From contig NC_068986.1 in assembly GCF_001194135.2 (NCBI RefSeq), positions 66,253,799 to 66,317,798 on the forward strand: 64,000 nucleotides of DNA, given 5' to 3'. The notes under the pieces are model-generated. The model searched no databases, was not told where the DNA came from, and worked only from the letters and a program-made list of their open reading frames with translations. Within the stretch, counting starts at the first letter, position 1. Each line of letters opens with the position of its first letter. Both the position numbers and the translations under genes were made by a program. Below, one piece after another: positions 24,982-38,263 of this stretch. This DNA is from Octopus bimaculoides. Taxonomy: Eukaryota.

Positions 24982-25457
24982 NATAATAAAATAATTTTTA
25001 ATATTCAAATTTTAATTTTAGCTGCAATATTTTAAGTAAAAAGTTTCTTATTCTTTACTTGAAGTAATAGTTTGTCCTATACTTTTACAGGTGTAATAAC
25101 CTGTCCTGTACTTTTCCAGGTTTATAATCTTAAAAATATTACTTTTCATGCTCGCATTTTTCCACGTAATCAATGATTTTTCCAGGCATTGCTGTGATAA
25201 GATAATTAATAATGTCTCAATTAATAATTTAAGATTTTACCTTATAAAATACTGAAAGATAATATTTCAATTTTTCCATGTAAGTGATGATAATATTTCA
25301 TTTTTTTTTTTTATGTTTCATTTAAATATATGTTGTGATTGAATTATTTGATATTACCCATCCACACTAAATTAATGGCAGAGATTTTTAACATGTTGTT
25401 GGTTGCACCATGGCTCACAAAAAGTTTCAAACAACAAGACCCGAAAACCATCAGTTA
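24982..25457. repeat. copy B of AT-rich multicopy element
   Basis: Reverse complement of 48979-49449 along its whole length. Confidence 0.85.
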
Positions 25458-25724
25458 CCAGGTTCACCTTAAGTAATCTAATTTTGCAATAAAAAATGAC
25501 TATTATTGTACCTTCAATTCTATGTAAATATTTGTTTTTCCATATATTAAAACTATTTTATAAACCAAAAGAACCATTTTTAATTTCCAAATTTAAGAAA
25601 ATGTTCTTGTTAATTTTTTTTATTTATGAATTTTGTTCCTAAATAATCATTAATCAGTTATACAATCTACGTCTTAAATTTAATTTTTAGTTACAATTCC
25701 ACTGAATTTTACTTTTTAATTTTT

Positions 25725-26404
25725 TCACATTTTTTCCATAAATAATAAAACAATGTTAGGCAATTTGGGAGGAAATTTAGTATGTCTTTATGTAATGATG
25801 TCACTGATTTCATCCCAAATATCATCTCCAGTTTTAATCAGTGTGGTATAATGGCCTGCTCTAGATGTTGGTCCTCTATGAATAGCAGCAACTTTTAGAT
25901 TAAAATTTGTGCCAAATATTTGCTGCCTTTTTGAACTGAAGTTCATTATATCACATTTGATTCTTTCTTCCATATTAATATTTTGATTAATTAAAAATCT
26001 ATTAATTTGAATAACAAGATATTTAAATTCAGGAGGAAATTCAATTCTGGAAGTAATTTGATGTTCAATATTGAGTGAAGATGTTTCACAATTTTTTGTA
26101 AGTGAATATGTTGTATTTTAGTAGTCAAAAATTTAAATTGTTGAGGACCATGAGTTAGTTGCAAAAACAATTCTTCTTTTAAATCAATAGGTAGCTGTGA
26201 TTGTCTATCACAGCCAGGAGTTGTATTGCAGTTGCAAATTTCATTTATAAAGATGTTGCAAGTATGTTGATGCAATCTAATGCATCTAGCAGTGTCATAT
26301 TTGATGAATATAAACTTTTGTTGAAATCCCATTTCAAAACGAAGATAAATTTCTTTCCCAAATTCACGAGCACATTGTTGACTTCCATCATTAAATCTTC
26401 GACC
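25725..26404 (-). pseudogene. intronless ubiquitin-specific protease (peptidase C19)-like remnant
   Basis: FNDGSQQCAREF (QQDA.EF-like), ICNCNTTPGC, KYLVIQINRF (LVIHLKRF-like), IHRGPTSRAGHYTTLIK...WDEISD (His box), NIVLLFMEK (YLLFY-like); one frameshift and one stop; Cys box absent. Confidence 0.75.
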
Positions 26405-26819
26405 TATAATCCTTTTTTAAATTTGTGAGTGTTTTGATTATGATAAAGAATATTTGGGCGTGTGATTTAGGTAGGGGGATACTTTGGCTGCTATTTTTAG
26501 TGTGTCAAACGACCAGGTAGAGGCTCTTTCATTGGTTCAATAGCATGATAAGATTTTTTTACACATAAATGTAATATGTATATGTATCATCGGCAGAAAT
26601 TAGAGAGCAAGTCAAAAGCTGAGAATTTTGTGTATTGGCACTTATCAAACATAAATTTGTCCATTGTCACTCTGTAACTTCTGACAAAATAACTTCTAAA
26701 ATGCAAAATTTTGTCCAAAACATTAAGAGTAAACCCTGTTCTATGTGACACATTTTACCAGTATCGGAAGTTTGAAAGTGTTTAGTTTAAAAAAAAGTAA
26801 TTAAATAATCTGTACGTCT

Positions 26820-26905
26820 AATTGAATAGATCTGAAATGGATGAAAGGCAAAGTCGACCTCGACGGAATTTGAACTCAGAATGTAAAGACAGACGAAATA
26901 CCGCT
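26820..26905 (-). mobile_element. SINE family 2 fragment
   Basis: gatgaaaggcaaagtcgacc...gaatttgaactcagaatgtaaagac...gaaataccgct is the reverse complement of the 46451 copy. Confidence 0.7.
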
Positions 26906-27699
26906 TCTAAAACCGCTACGTGGGATTCACGGTCAAACGACTGAATATATATGTATAGAGAGAGAGAGATTTTTGTTCCTTAATAGAACTATTAGTTCAC
27001 ACTTCGATAGCCTTATACTTCTTGTACAAATCAGCTCAGGTTTTCCTCTTGACAACAACACCGTTTAATGCTCCGTTAAAGTTTGATTTTTGCATAGTGA
27101 TGCACTAGACTAGATAGCTCCCTCTACTGAATAACATTGGTATTCATCGACTTCTGTAGTCAATATATTTATATTATTTTTATGATTGGAATTCGGTAAA
27201 AATGCTTTGAGATTTCCTAAAGGTAAAACCTATTGCTTCAACCACTTTCATTATTTTTAATTATGTCTATTCGGTATCAGGGTTTACCCTGCTCGCATAG
27301 ACTGAACACTAACGTAAATACAACTTCTATCAATGTATTCATTCACTTGTCATTTCCTTTCACTTACGATACCAGGGGAAGTGATTCTGCAGTTTCTTTC
27401 TGAATTATTTCCCTTCTTACTGTATGAATTTCAAGCGCAACTTTTGCTTTGATAATTACTATAATTTTCTATCGTGTGTTTGTATGTTTTTATGTGTACA
27501 CCTATTTATGTATGCTTGTGTGCGTAAATACACTCGAAGGTTGCACCAAAATAATGCAAAAGTGGAAATGATTTTTTTTTTAACCTACAAAGTTCCTTTA
27601 AGTTGCACATTCATCCTATTCTACTTCACTGCAGGCAAATAATGGTTTCCAAGCAGAAGTGACTAGTCATCATTGAGTGAACAAAAGATGAGTGCATAC

Positions 27700-28480
27700 T
27701 TGCTTCAGTTCTTTCTTGCCTTCACATGAGCCCACATCTCACTACTATGCAGTATCACAGTTCAAACACCAACATCATACAGTCTGCCCTTCAATCTAAA
27801 GGGAAAGACCTTTGTTATCTTTTTCCAACATATTCTTGTCCTTGTATTTTTAGAGCAACCACCTCCACTACTAATTATGTCACCAAGATAACAGAAGGTA
27901 TCTACTACGTCTAATGAGGTTTTCTGGCATTTAGGATGATATATATATCCCATATGCTCTTTGCCTCTGTGTATTTACTACATATAAAGCCTACCTTTTA
28001 CCATGCCTGTGATTCCACTACACTGCTTCTATGTTCATAGCTTACACTGGATAAAGCGCATGTAGTTCTTACCTGCTCTTTTTGTGCATACTGAGCATGG
28101 CCATTTCCCTGATGGTACCAAGATACTGATTTCTTTCCTGTATATTAACACCTCAATCTTTGCTAAGTTTATCTTGCGGCTTCTGGATTCTAGATTTTGC
28201 CTTCATGTCTGAAACTTCTCTAATTCTACTGTAGATTCTGCTCTAAGAACTAGATTATCACCATATTGGAGTTCACAAGAATAGCCAGTCTTAAATTTAT
28301 TTATGTTAGCCTGTAAAATTATGATGAATAAAAGCCTGAAGACTGAGCTTTGGTGAACTTCTACCACCTTGCTAAATTAATCTTTACATTCATTGCTGAA
28401 TCTCACTTCACTGACAGTTTGTACACCATTCACAAGCTCTTCAGCTACTCCTGGTTTCCTTAGGGACCACCTGATTACAG
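27700..28480 (-). mobile_element. RTE LINE fragment
   Basis: LDVVDTFCYLGDIISSGGGCS...LKGRLYD. Confidence 0.75.
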
Positions 28481-28699
28481 AACGTGGAACCCTATGTTAA
28501 GTTTAGCAGCTCACTGTTAACTAAGTATATCTCCTGCAGATGTCTCTTTGTTCCCACTTACAAATATAAAACTGAACTGTGTCTTAGTTAAATTAATTAT
28601 CCTGATCAATTGAGTTGTGACTCTATGGCATTCATGGCCTGGTCTAACAATTTGATACCTCTATAACTTTCTTTTTCTAGTGCCCTTTTTGACCTTGTA

Positions 28700-28746
<47 letters not shown>

Positions 28747-29389
28747 ANNNNNNNNNNAGAGAGCCATTTGTGTATCACACTTAATGTAAATACATCATTG
28801 AAAGGCAAATTTACTGTGGTATTCATCCAGAGATAATATCTCTTCTGGATGTGCTGTGTTTGAGAACATGACACACGCACACACATCAGAGGGAGACAAA
28901 AATCATTATAGAGGCAGCTAGCAAGTATGTTAGATGCATTTCAGCCTCATTGGGCCTCATCTTGTCTTAGCATATGGTTGTCCTCTACAAATTTTATTCA
29001 ATGATTGAAATTCATGAAATCAAATAAATTCTTGAAATATTATAAACTAAAATACATAGTAGCTACTTTCTCATCTTAGTACATTATATTCAATCCAGAT
29101 GGTGTAATTAATAATGAATATTTTAAATTATGCTCTGTAAAAGTGGCACTATACTAATGTTAACAATGTGAAAAAAAAATTTTTACTAACAAAACTGAAT
29201 TCATTATTTCTAATATATTATACTAGCAGAGGCACCCGGCGTTGCTTGGGAATGAAATTGTTGCTTATTGGTACTTGGAAACTTTTATGAAAATTAAAAT
29301 GGGGATTAAATGAAACAAATGATTTACGTGAATATCCTCACAAGAGTAATTGAAATAAATGGCGATTGTGGACCCCCTCCCCACGCACG

Positions 29390-29448
<59 letters not shown>

Positions 29449-30384
29449 ACACATCAGATGAAATGGACATGTGTGTGTGTGTGTGTGTGACAGAGAGAGA
29501 GAGAGAGAGAGGTTTGTTGTCATGTATACGTACATGGATAAATATGCATACATCTTTGTGTGTGAGTGTGTGTATGAGAGAGAGAGTAAATACTACATAC
29601 ACAACGCTCTCTCACACACACACACGCACACATACATCCAAAAATGATGGATGCATATGACAACACACCCCTTGACTCCCTCACACTCTGTTTCTTACAA
29701 ACACACACACACATACATAAATGTATACAAACATATTTACAAAGACACACATGTGTGTGTGCGCGTGCATGTGTGTGTTGTGCGAGTGAGAGAGAGGGGG
29801 GGTGAGAGAGAATATTGCGAAGCTAGTGAGAGAAGCTTTTTGCCGTTGTTACATCAATACCGGAAGTTGACATTGAGGAACCTTTTTAAAGAAGTGAATC
29901 TTAAATATAAAGCAATATTATTTATTTTTAATTAAAAAAATCAAATGAAGAGCCTAACATTTATCCAAGGTCAAATTATTCATGCATCACAAGTATGGAA
30001 GCATTTGGTGAAGTCTATTTCATGTGAAAAGCGAATACACAGACATCTGTTTTATATATTAGAAGATGCATTCCTGTTTCTTATATATACATCAAGAAGA
30101 TTTTTTCTAATAATTATAATTCAGTTGGTCAACTTCATTGTTTTATTTATGTGTCTATTTTGATATATTTTTGTGTATTTCTTTACATCCACCAGAGAGT
30201 TAAATGTAAGTAACATGTATAGTACATTTTTGGCCCTCTGTAGCTTGTTCTTGTATATTACTGTAAAATATAATAGTAAATTATTTATTAGCATGCTTTC
30301 ACTCAGCTGGCTTAGACACAAATTTTTAGCTCCTTATGTAATTGTTTGTGATGTAGGCACAAAGCTTGCAGTTTTGATGAGAGG

Positions 30385-30990
30385 GTGTTAATTGATACCA
30401 TCAACCCCAGTACTTCAAGTATTACTTTATTTTACCAACCTTGAAAGGGTGAAGGACAAAGTTGACTTTAGCAGGACTTAAACTCAGATCAGAAAGAGCC
30501 AAAACAAATGTTACAAGGCATTTTCTCAGCTGGATAATGAAGTGCCAAACTCTAATTGTGGAAGGAACTTGTGGAAGAGGTAGACCCAAGAAGACATGGG
30601 ACAAAGTAGTGAGAAAGGATCATTGGAATCTGGGCCTCACTGAGGAAATGATAAGGGACTGGGAGTTGTGGTGATTTCCTGTACTTGTAAAGACACATCA
30701 ATTTAAGTAAAATCGTTATCATCCATACATACAGGGTTATCCTTTACAGGTGCTGGTGCCACATAAAATGTATTTGTGCTGGTGCTGTGTGAACGCACCT
30801 GTGCTAGTTGCACATAAAAAATACCCAGCACACACTGTAAAGTGGTTGGCGTTAGGAAGGGCATCCAGTCATTGAAGCCATGTCACAACAGACAATTGGA
30901 GTCTGGACAGCTTCCCAGGTGGCCAGCTCCTGTCAAACTGTCCAAATCATACTGGCATGGAAAACAGACATTAAACGATGATGAGGTATT
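30385..30990. mobile_element. SINE family 2 fragment (-) plus RTE 3' end (+) nested in the Helitron
   Basis: 30385-30530 is reverse-complement family 2; VEGTCGRGRPKKTWDKVVRKD then ggaagggcatccag...aaacgatgatga tail. Confidence 0.7.
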
Positions 30991-31799
30991 TTTTTCTTTT
31001 TACATTCAATTACAACAACATAGTAATTTCATGTTATAAATTATTCACATCCTACAGAGAATAAATCTAGCATGATTTCTAGTTATGTTTAGTATTGTAT
31101 AACATATACACAATTTTATAACAAGTTATTATAATAACAGCCAGAATTATAACTAACAGAGATATCAGGCATTGTTTGGAATTAAAATGGCATAGTTTGT
31201 ATATGTATCATAGTTATGTTGAAACAGGTGATACGGGAAAGTGCAGCATTGACGACAAAACATTTGTGGAGTAAATGATAGGATAGTTTGACTAAGTGAC
31301 ATGTCCTGCCTCTCTTTGGAGTATTCCAGGCCCCAACCTGTCGTGGAAATTGGGGGTGGAGGTATGTGATTTTTGAACATACCAAAAAGCTGCCTGTGGA
31401 TGTGCTCTCTTTTGCAGCAGTCGGCACAGCATCTAAAATGACCCATCGTCTGCAGTTTTGACACCTCCTTCAGGTTTGTTGTTCTACATCATTCATGAAG
31501 TAAATTTGGAGGAAGTGTAGTTGTACATTTGTGGGTAACAGGAAAGCAATGAAGTGACAGACTTTCCCTTGAACATTGGCGTAAATCTATGTTCAGCTAT
31601 GTCCTTAGATGCACCAAATGATGTCATTTGAAATGCAGAGTTGTATTGTCTGATATTGTTCAGAAAATCCTTTGACTGGATAGAAGTGCCTTCCAGAAGA
31701 TCTATAAGAGGTTGATGAGGAACTGATAGTGCTGGAAATCTTACTTTACTGCCTGAACAGCACATGCCATTAGTTTCATTTGGAAATTTTGGGAAAGTT

Positions 31800-32365
31800 T
31801 CATCTCCCTTCTGTATTGAGACTCCATCTGATGCACTACAGCATGCATTTGCTGATCTTGAGAAAGTGTCATCTCAATTGTCTTGAGACACCATTTGACA
31901 TGTTGCAGCATGCATTTGCTGATCTTGGGAAAGTCTCATCTCCCTTCTCTTTTGAGCCTCCATCTGACATGCTGCAGCATCCCTTTGCTGATCTTGTGAA
32001 AGTGTCATCTCACTTCTGTCTTGAGATTCCATTTGACATGCATTTGCTGATTTTGTGAAAGTCTCATCTCCATTCTGTACTGAAACTTCATCTAATGTGC
32101 TGTGCAGGCTTTACTGGTGTTGGAAAAGTTTTGTCTCACTTCTGTTTTGAGACTCCATTTGATATGCTGCAGCATATGTTTGCTGATCTTGTAAAAGTCT
32201 TATCTCCCTTCTCTCTTGAGACTGCATTTGTTGTGCTGCAGCATGTATTTGCTCATCTTGAGAAAGTCTCATTTCCCTTCTCTCTTGAGACTCCATTTGA
32301 CGTGCTGCAGCATGCGTTTGCTGGACTTGAGAAAGTCTCATCTCCTTTCTCTCTTGAGACTTTCA
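31800..32365 (-). repeat. about 9 x 69-bp coding tandem repeat (23-aa STPR-like units)
   Basis: gagactcc-like anchors at 31818, 31885, 31954, 32023, 32082, 32149, 32218, 32287, 32356; unit ESQERREMRLSQDEQIHAAAQQM. Confidence 0.8.
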
Positions 32366-33589
32366 CCTTCGGTTTTCTACAATCTTCCTTGCTTTATAGT
32401 TGTTTCTGGAGAGATTACATCTTTTCTTTGGTTGCATCTTCAATATTGTAAACAAAAATTTATACATTAATCTCCATTTTTATAAGCAGTTGTATGTATG
32501 TAGTATAAACAATATTATAGTCTTATCAAAAGTGAAAGAATAAAAGCAAAACAGTATTATACTGCTGAAAAAAAATCGGAAGGGTTGTATGGGGTTGGGG
32601 ACTTCAGCCCCCTATATGGGCATGGGCCAAAATTCCCCCCCTCCCCTAGAGCCTTCCCCCAGTAATGAAAAACCTTAATGTCAAATTTGGTATTATACCG
32701 CTTAAAAAAAAAATTGGAAGGGTCGTATAGGAGGAGCTACAGCCCCCTATATGGGCAAGGGCCTAAATTTGATCCCCTTAGAACCTTCCCTGAGTAATGA
32801 AAACCCTTTATGCCAAATTTGGTACAGATTGGTCCAGCAGTTTGGCCGTGCATAGAGGAAACACACACACACTCACAGTGAATTTTATATATCAGATTAT
32901 TTTGACTTTATTATTAAAATGTAAATACATGTAGAACATTTTACAAAACTTAATTCATACATTTTACTTCCGACGCAAAACTTAACGTTTTCAATTCCCT
33001 CACTTTTAAGGTACAGATTGAAATTTAATAAATTTTCTTTAACTACAAATATCCTTATTTTAATCCATTATAATTAATCTTTAAGCCCTGTCATTATGCT
33101 ATGATGTCTTTTCATCTAGCTCTTTTTTTTAGTTAGGCCATTTCCTTTTTCCCTCCTTTCATAAGTTAGTAAAATATACATTCCATCAATCTCTGAGCTG
33201 ATTATTCATTTCCTCTACCCCAAGCATTCTCTCTCCTCTCTTTAATCAAACTTAAATATTTACAAAAAGAAAACAAGAAAACTGCTCGTACTGTTAGAAA
33301 AGCAGGTAATGCTTTGGTATAATGGTTAGCATGTTTGTCATGTTTGTAGAAGATGTGGGTTTAGGTTCCATAGATAGTCTTCAACTTCTTTAGGCACAGG
33401 AATGGCTGAGTGGTTAAGAAGCTTACTTCCCAACTATGTACTTATAAAAGACCAAAGATCTAATTACTAGGAATAGAGATGGGGTACTAATCTGTTCATG
33501 AAAATGACCATGTTCAAAATGTAGAAAAGGTATAATTTCATATCATGTACCCAGTGTAAACTATAGGCAAAGAAAAGGTGCAGTGGAAT

Positions 33590-34150
33590 CATAGGCAACA
33601 GAGGGACAATGATCTGAAAGTATAGTTGCTAGATTAAAAACAGGCTGGTGAAAAGTCCAGAGCTCTTAACTCTGTTGGTAACATAAGTTCTTTCAGTTGA
33701 AAGGCAGATTGTATAATGCTTGTGTACAAGAACCAATGCTACACTGTAGGGAAATGTGGGCCCTGAATACAAAGGATACATGAAGACTTGGATTAAATGA
33801 AGCTAGCATGCTCTGAGGGATGTGCAGTGTCAGTGTGCATGTATGGCAAAATACAAATGCGTTGAACCAAAAATTGGGTATAAGCAGAATTGGAAGTAGT
33901 GTTTGAGGGAAATAACTACACTGATATGGTCGTGTGATGTGTTTGGATGAGAACAGCTGTATAAAGAAGTACCAAGCACTAAATATGGCTAGAACCTGTG
34001 GAAGAGAGGGAACCCAGGAAAACATTGGACAGAGTAGTGAAGACCAGTCTCAGGATATTGATCATCATAGAGGGGACGACAAAGAACTGCAATGATTGGT
34101 GATTCACTGTGCTTCTGTTTATATGTGCACAACCAAGCCCTGTACCCAAT
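33590..34150 (+). mobile_element. RTE LINE C-terminal fragment
   Basis: GRLYNACVQEPMLHCREMWAL...NEASML*GMCSVSVH; followed by a pyrimidine-rich tract to about 34900. Confidence 0.75.
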
Positions 34151-36981
34151 CTGTCCCTGTCAAGCCTTCTCCACCTCTCATCTTCCTATAACCCATCCCT
34201 CCATTATTCCTCTATCCATGACACTAATCAGCTGCTGTAATTCTATGAGAACAGTACTGCATATTTCATCCCCCTGTTTTACTGTCAGTTATCCCTCTCT
34301 TTGGAACCACATCTCTTTATCACCTACCCCTCTATTTCCCACCAGTCACTTCTTCCCTGCCACCAATTACCTCTGTTTTTTACCTTGTGTTACACATTTT
34401 CATTAGCCATTGACTACATCTACACTTACATTGTGTCTATCATTGTACCTCTCTCTAACCTCCTCCTACCCACCAACTCACACATATCTCCCTGACAGTT
34501 TTATTATTTTGCTGCTCTCCACCCTTTCCCTAATGTTATTTATCCCCCCTCTCTCCTAAGGCACATCTATTTCATACCACTTTCTCTCCAATCTTGTTCA
34601 CCATTCACTTTATAAACCTCTATCCCTTTCTCTATTTGTTAATGTCCTCTCACACTCTTGAAAACTTACCACTCCACCTTTCTCTATCATTTGACACCTC
34701 GTCACCACCATCTTATTTCTCTTTCTAGCTACTCCCACACACCCTTTATATATATGCAGCATAGCTATATATCTCCTTTACAGCAAGACACCTGTTCCTA
34801 TCTCTCTTTCATATTTTAGCCTGAGCATCAAACTACCTCCCCTCCCCTCTCTCTCTCTCTCTCTCTTCCCACTGCACTCCCTCAGTTGCCAAGGTTTTTT
34901 TCTGTTGCAAATTACTTGGCAGCTTCATTAGTGTTGGTACCACAAAAATAAGCACCCAGTACACTCTATACAGTGATTGGCATTAGGAAGGGCATTCAGC
35001 CATAGAAAGTATGTCAAAGCAGACACTGGAGCTCAGTGTGTCCCTTGACTTGTCAGATTGTGTTGAACCATCTACCCATGTCAGCATAGAGGTAGACATT
35101 AAATGATGATGATGATGATTTATTGGATATTTTAACATTTTAAATATGTTCTTTGTAAGGAGCATTTAAACACAGCTGTCTCCTTTTCTCTTCTTTTTTT
35201 TTTTAATTTTTTAATTTTTTTCCCCACTGGCTCACACTCAAAGTGTCTCGCCTCATAATTAAAGCAAACAAACTCTCTAAGCCATGCAAATGCAATGTGA
35301 CATCTGTTAAAAGACATGAATGTTAAGCTGACAAAATCAAAGCCAGTGTGCAAATAATTGATTGTATTAATTCAACTAAATGTCTTGCTATCTAATTAAC
35401 TTCAAACCTAACCAGCATTATCATCACTGACAAGAACAGACAACCAAATAAATAGTGCTACCTAACAATGCATTATTCTGTCTTTATTCTTCTCCTTGCT
35501 CTTGTTTTCTACTCCTGAATCAGATCTGATTGAGCAGAACTATGATCAAAATCAATCCAGTCATGAACATCATGTCCTTTTTCTGTATCGGTGACTATGT
35601 TTGACTATTGTGTCCTTCCTTTCTTTCATTTTTTTTTTAATAGAGCTCAAATATAAAGGAAGTTTGGCTGTTGTTTCTAGCAGGTCAAGCAATAACATAG
35701 AGACTTCTTGTCTATCTGCAGGTCAGTTCTGATCAGATACACTCCTGAAACATTTGTCTTTCTCTGTTGGCTTTTGCTTGTAAATTTATATGTACCTAAT
35801 TCTTCATCTCCTCTTCCTTGTTGTTAGTGATTTTCTTTCCCAACTCTGTCAATCCATTTGTTAGTGTTTTACAAACATTACTGGTTTCCCACTTATGTTA
35901 TTTGCAGCACTCTCTTCATAAAAGTCTTTGAAGATATTTACATACTTTAGCATGTTTCCTGACACCTTTTGTGGATTCTTTTGTGATTCCTTCCTACACT
36001 TTAACTGTGTTTCTAAGTGCATTCAAAGCATCTTTTGTTTTTGTATTTGGTTTACCGGACTCTTGATGTGAACTCTTGTACTGAAACAGATTTTGAAGAA
36101 GTTGCAAGTGATGATGAAACAGCTCTTGGTTAACCACTTGATTAATCAAACAATTAATTAGTTGGTTAAATAGTTAACCAACTGAGTAATAATAAAGAAG
36201 TGAAACTAAGCCAGTGCATGTTTATCATTGGTATAATGGTCCTCTTAAGATTCAAAATGTACTTTTTTCCAAAAATTACAGAGTGAAGTACTGGGGTTTG
36301 TTCTATCATTGAAACTAGGAAACAGGTCAGTGTTGGTGACAAGACAGGGATTTGGTCACAGAAAATCTGCCACCACAAATTTTATTTGATCCATGCAAGC
36401 ACAAAAAGGGGATGATGAAGATGATGATGATCTATGCAAGCACAAAAAAATGGACAATGGTGGTGAGGGGTTGTTATTAATATGTTTTGAAAATGTATTT
36501 AACCTCTCTTTATGTGTGGGCTGAATTAATGTTGTGTTTAAAAGTAGTGACATTACTTTTACATTAGAATTGAAATTGCCAAAAGTTTGTGGATGACTTA
36601 GAGCACTATCTGAATTTACAAAAAGATTTGAATGCAATTACTCCTTTACCTGATAGATAAAACTGTTCAGGAACCAATCTTCAAAAACTTTTTTAATCAT
36701 TGATATTTTGCTAATATTAATTTTTCTAAACTTAATTTGAACGTTCTGTTATGAATGCTGTAGACTGTGGTTATCATCCAGAGAAAGCATCTCGTACAGA
36801 TGTTATACGCTAAAAATCACAGATTATTTTGGTTGATGAAATTTCATCAACATCAATGGATCAGACTGTTGTATCACATGATTTCATCATAAAATATGAA
36901 TTATGAGTCATGAGTACCCAGGTACTGAATGCCAAATTGAAAGTCTGTGGAATTGATGTAGTTTAACATTGAGTATATATA

Positions 36982-37580
36982 TGAGGCCTGGTCAATAAGT
37001 ATGCGGACTGTTGCCATAGTAACAAAGCTAAAGCATGCAGAGTGAAACTACTTGGCAAAGATTGACCTTGAACTCTGCTGTACATGTGCACTAAGTTTTA
37101 ACATTCTAGCTCACTTCTGCTGTTTACAGCAGTGCTTGGAAGGAAGGTGTGTAGCATATGATTGTCACATTGACCATGACAGGGATAGTTGTTGTGGAGA
37201 TACCTGCTCAGAGGCATGCACAAAGTTGCAGAAAGTGTATGGAGTGGAGTGCATGAGTGGTTCAGATGTTTCCAAAATGGCCGAAAATATGTCGATATCG
37301 ATGAACGTTCTGGGAAACCCGCAACCAGCAGAACTGAGAAAAACATTGCAGATATGTGTGCAGGGGTGAGGGGAAATCATCAAATTACCATCCGTGAGTT
37401 ATCAGAGGATGTGCAGATTAGTTACAATTCAGTTCTGTTCATTATCACCGAAGATTGGGGTATGAGACACGTGTCTGCCAAATTTGTGCCAAAACTGCTT
37501 CCAGTTGACCAAAAAGACACTCAAGTTACAGTTGCACAAGATCTCTTTGATTGTGTCAAAAATAATGAAAAATTTACGAA
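36982..37580 (+). mobile_element. mariner 5' half
   Basis: TA plus TIR-like tgaggcctggtcaataagtatgcggact; VHEWFRCFQNGR...DERSGKPATS...ITIRELSEDVQIS...VSAKFVPKLL (WVPHEL-like). Confidence 0.85.
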
Positions 37581-37994
37581 AACTTTACGTCGGCCTCTGA
37601 GCAGGTATCGCCAAGCTTCTGGCAAAATTACTTGGCACTAATACTGCTAAAACATGCATGTGTGTGTGTGCATGCATGCACAACAATCAGACACCAATAA
37701 ATGCAAGTAGAATACACATCCAAGGTAATTCCCCTTTGTCAGCTTTGTAAGGTGAATTCCACAATTAACGGTGTGATTTTCTCTATACGTATTTTTGTTG
37801 TCAAATACTCTGAATTTCTCAAAACCCTTCTAAATGATATTTGGATTTACTTGTCATACATGAGAAATTACCTTGGATGTGTATTTTACTTAGATTTACT
37901 AGTGTCTGATTGTTGGATATAGTTAACTAAATCCATTTGAAACTAAGTGCTTTATTGATCTCTACTCATTTTTACCTTCTTTTATATCTGTGTG

Positions 37995-38035
<41 letters not shown>

Positions 38036-38263
38036 TTTAAGTTTGTTTATGGGAAATGTTTTGAATATGCATATAAAAGCTCCTATTCTATTATCCCGGC
38101 TACAGCCTACCTGATGTCCATGGATATTACTGACTGCACTGTAATCATCCTAAGAATATGGACTATGATCTTAAGAAACATGTGATTTGTGGAAACGCCT
38201 GTAGCAATGCATTAAAATATTTATAAATTCCATCTGAAGATTATTATTGCTATTATTACGATA

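Larger units (their letters stand above)
29223..32896 (-). mobile_element. internally deleted Helitron with both termini
   Basis: 5' A|TCtgatatataaaa at 32896; 3' hairpin cccaagcaacgccggg followed by CTAG|T at 29223; Rep N-terminal CCSGSKVRF...NNIRQYNSAFQMTSFGA at about 31600-31765; joining the two ends into one element is inference. Confidence 0.65.

Noticed and set aside
27369-27460. Minus-strand exon candidate ending GTATC|gtaagt
   Set aside because: Weak acceptors, two alternative open frames and no recognisable product
35750-36110. Purine-rich minus-strand coding-like stretch
   Set aside because: All frames are interrupted and no domain was recognised
36810-36910. IILVDEIS Walker-B-like peptide
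   Set aside because: An isolated 8-mer with a stop immediately upstream and no Walker A motif
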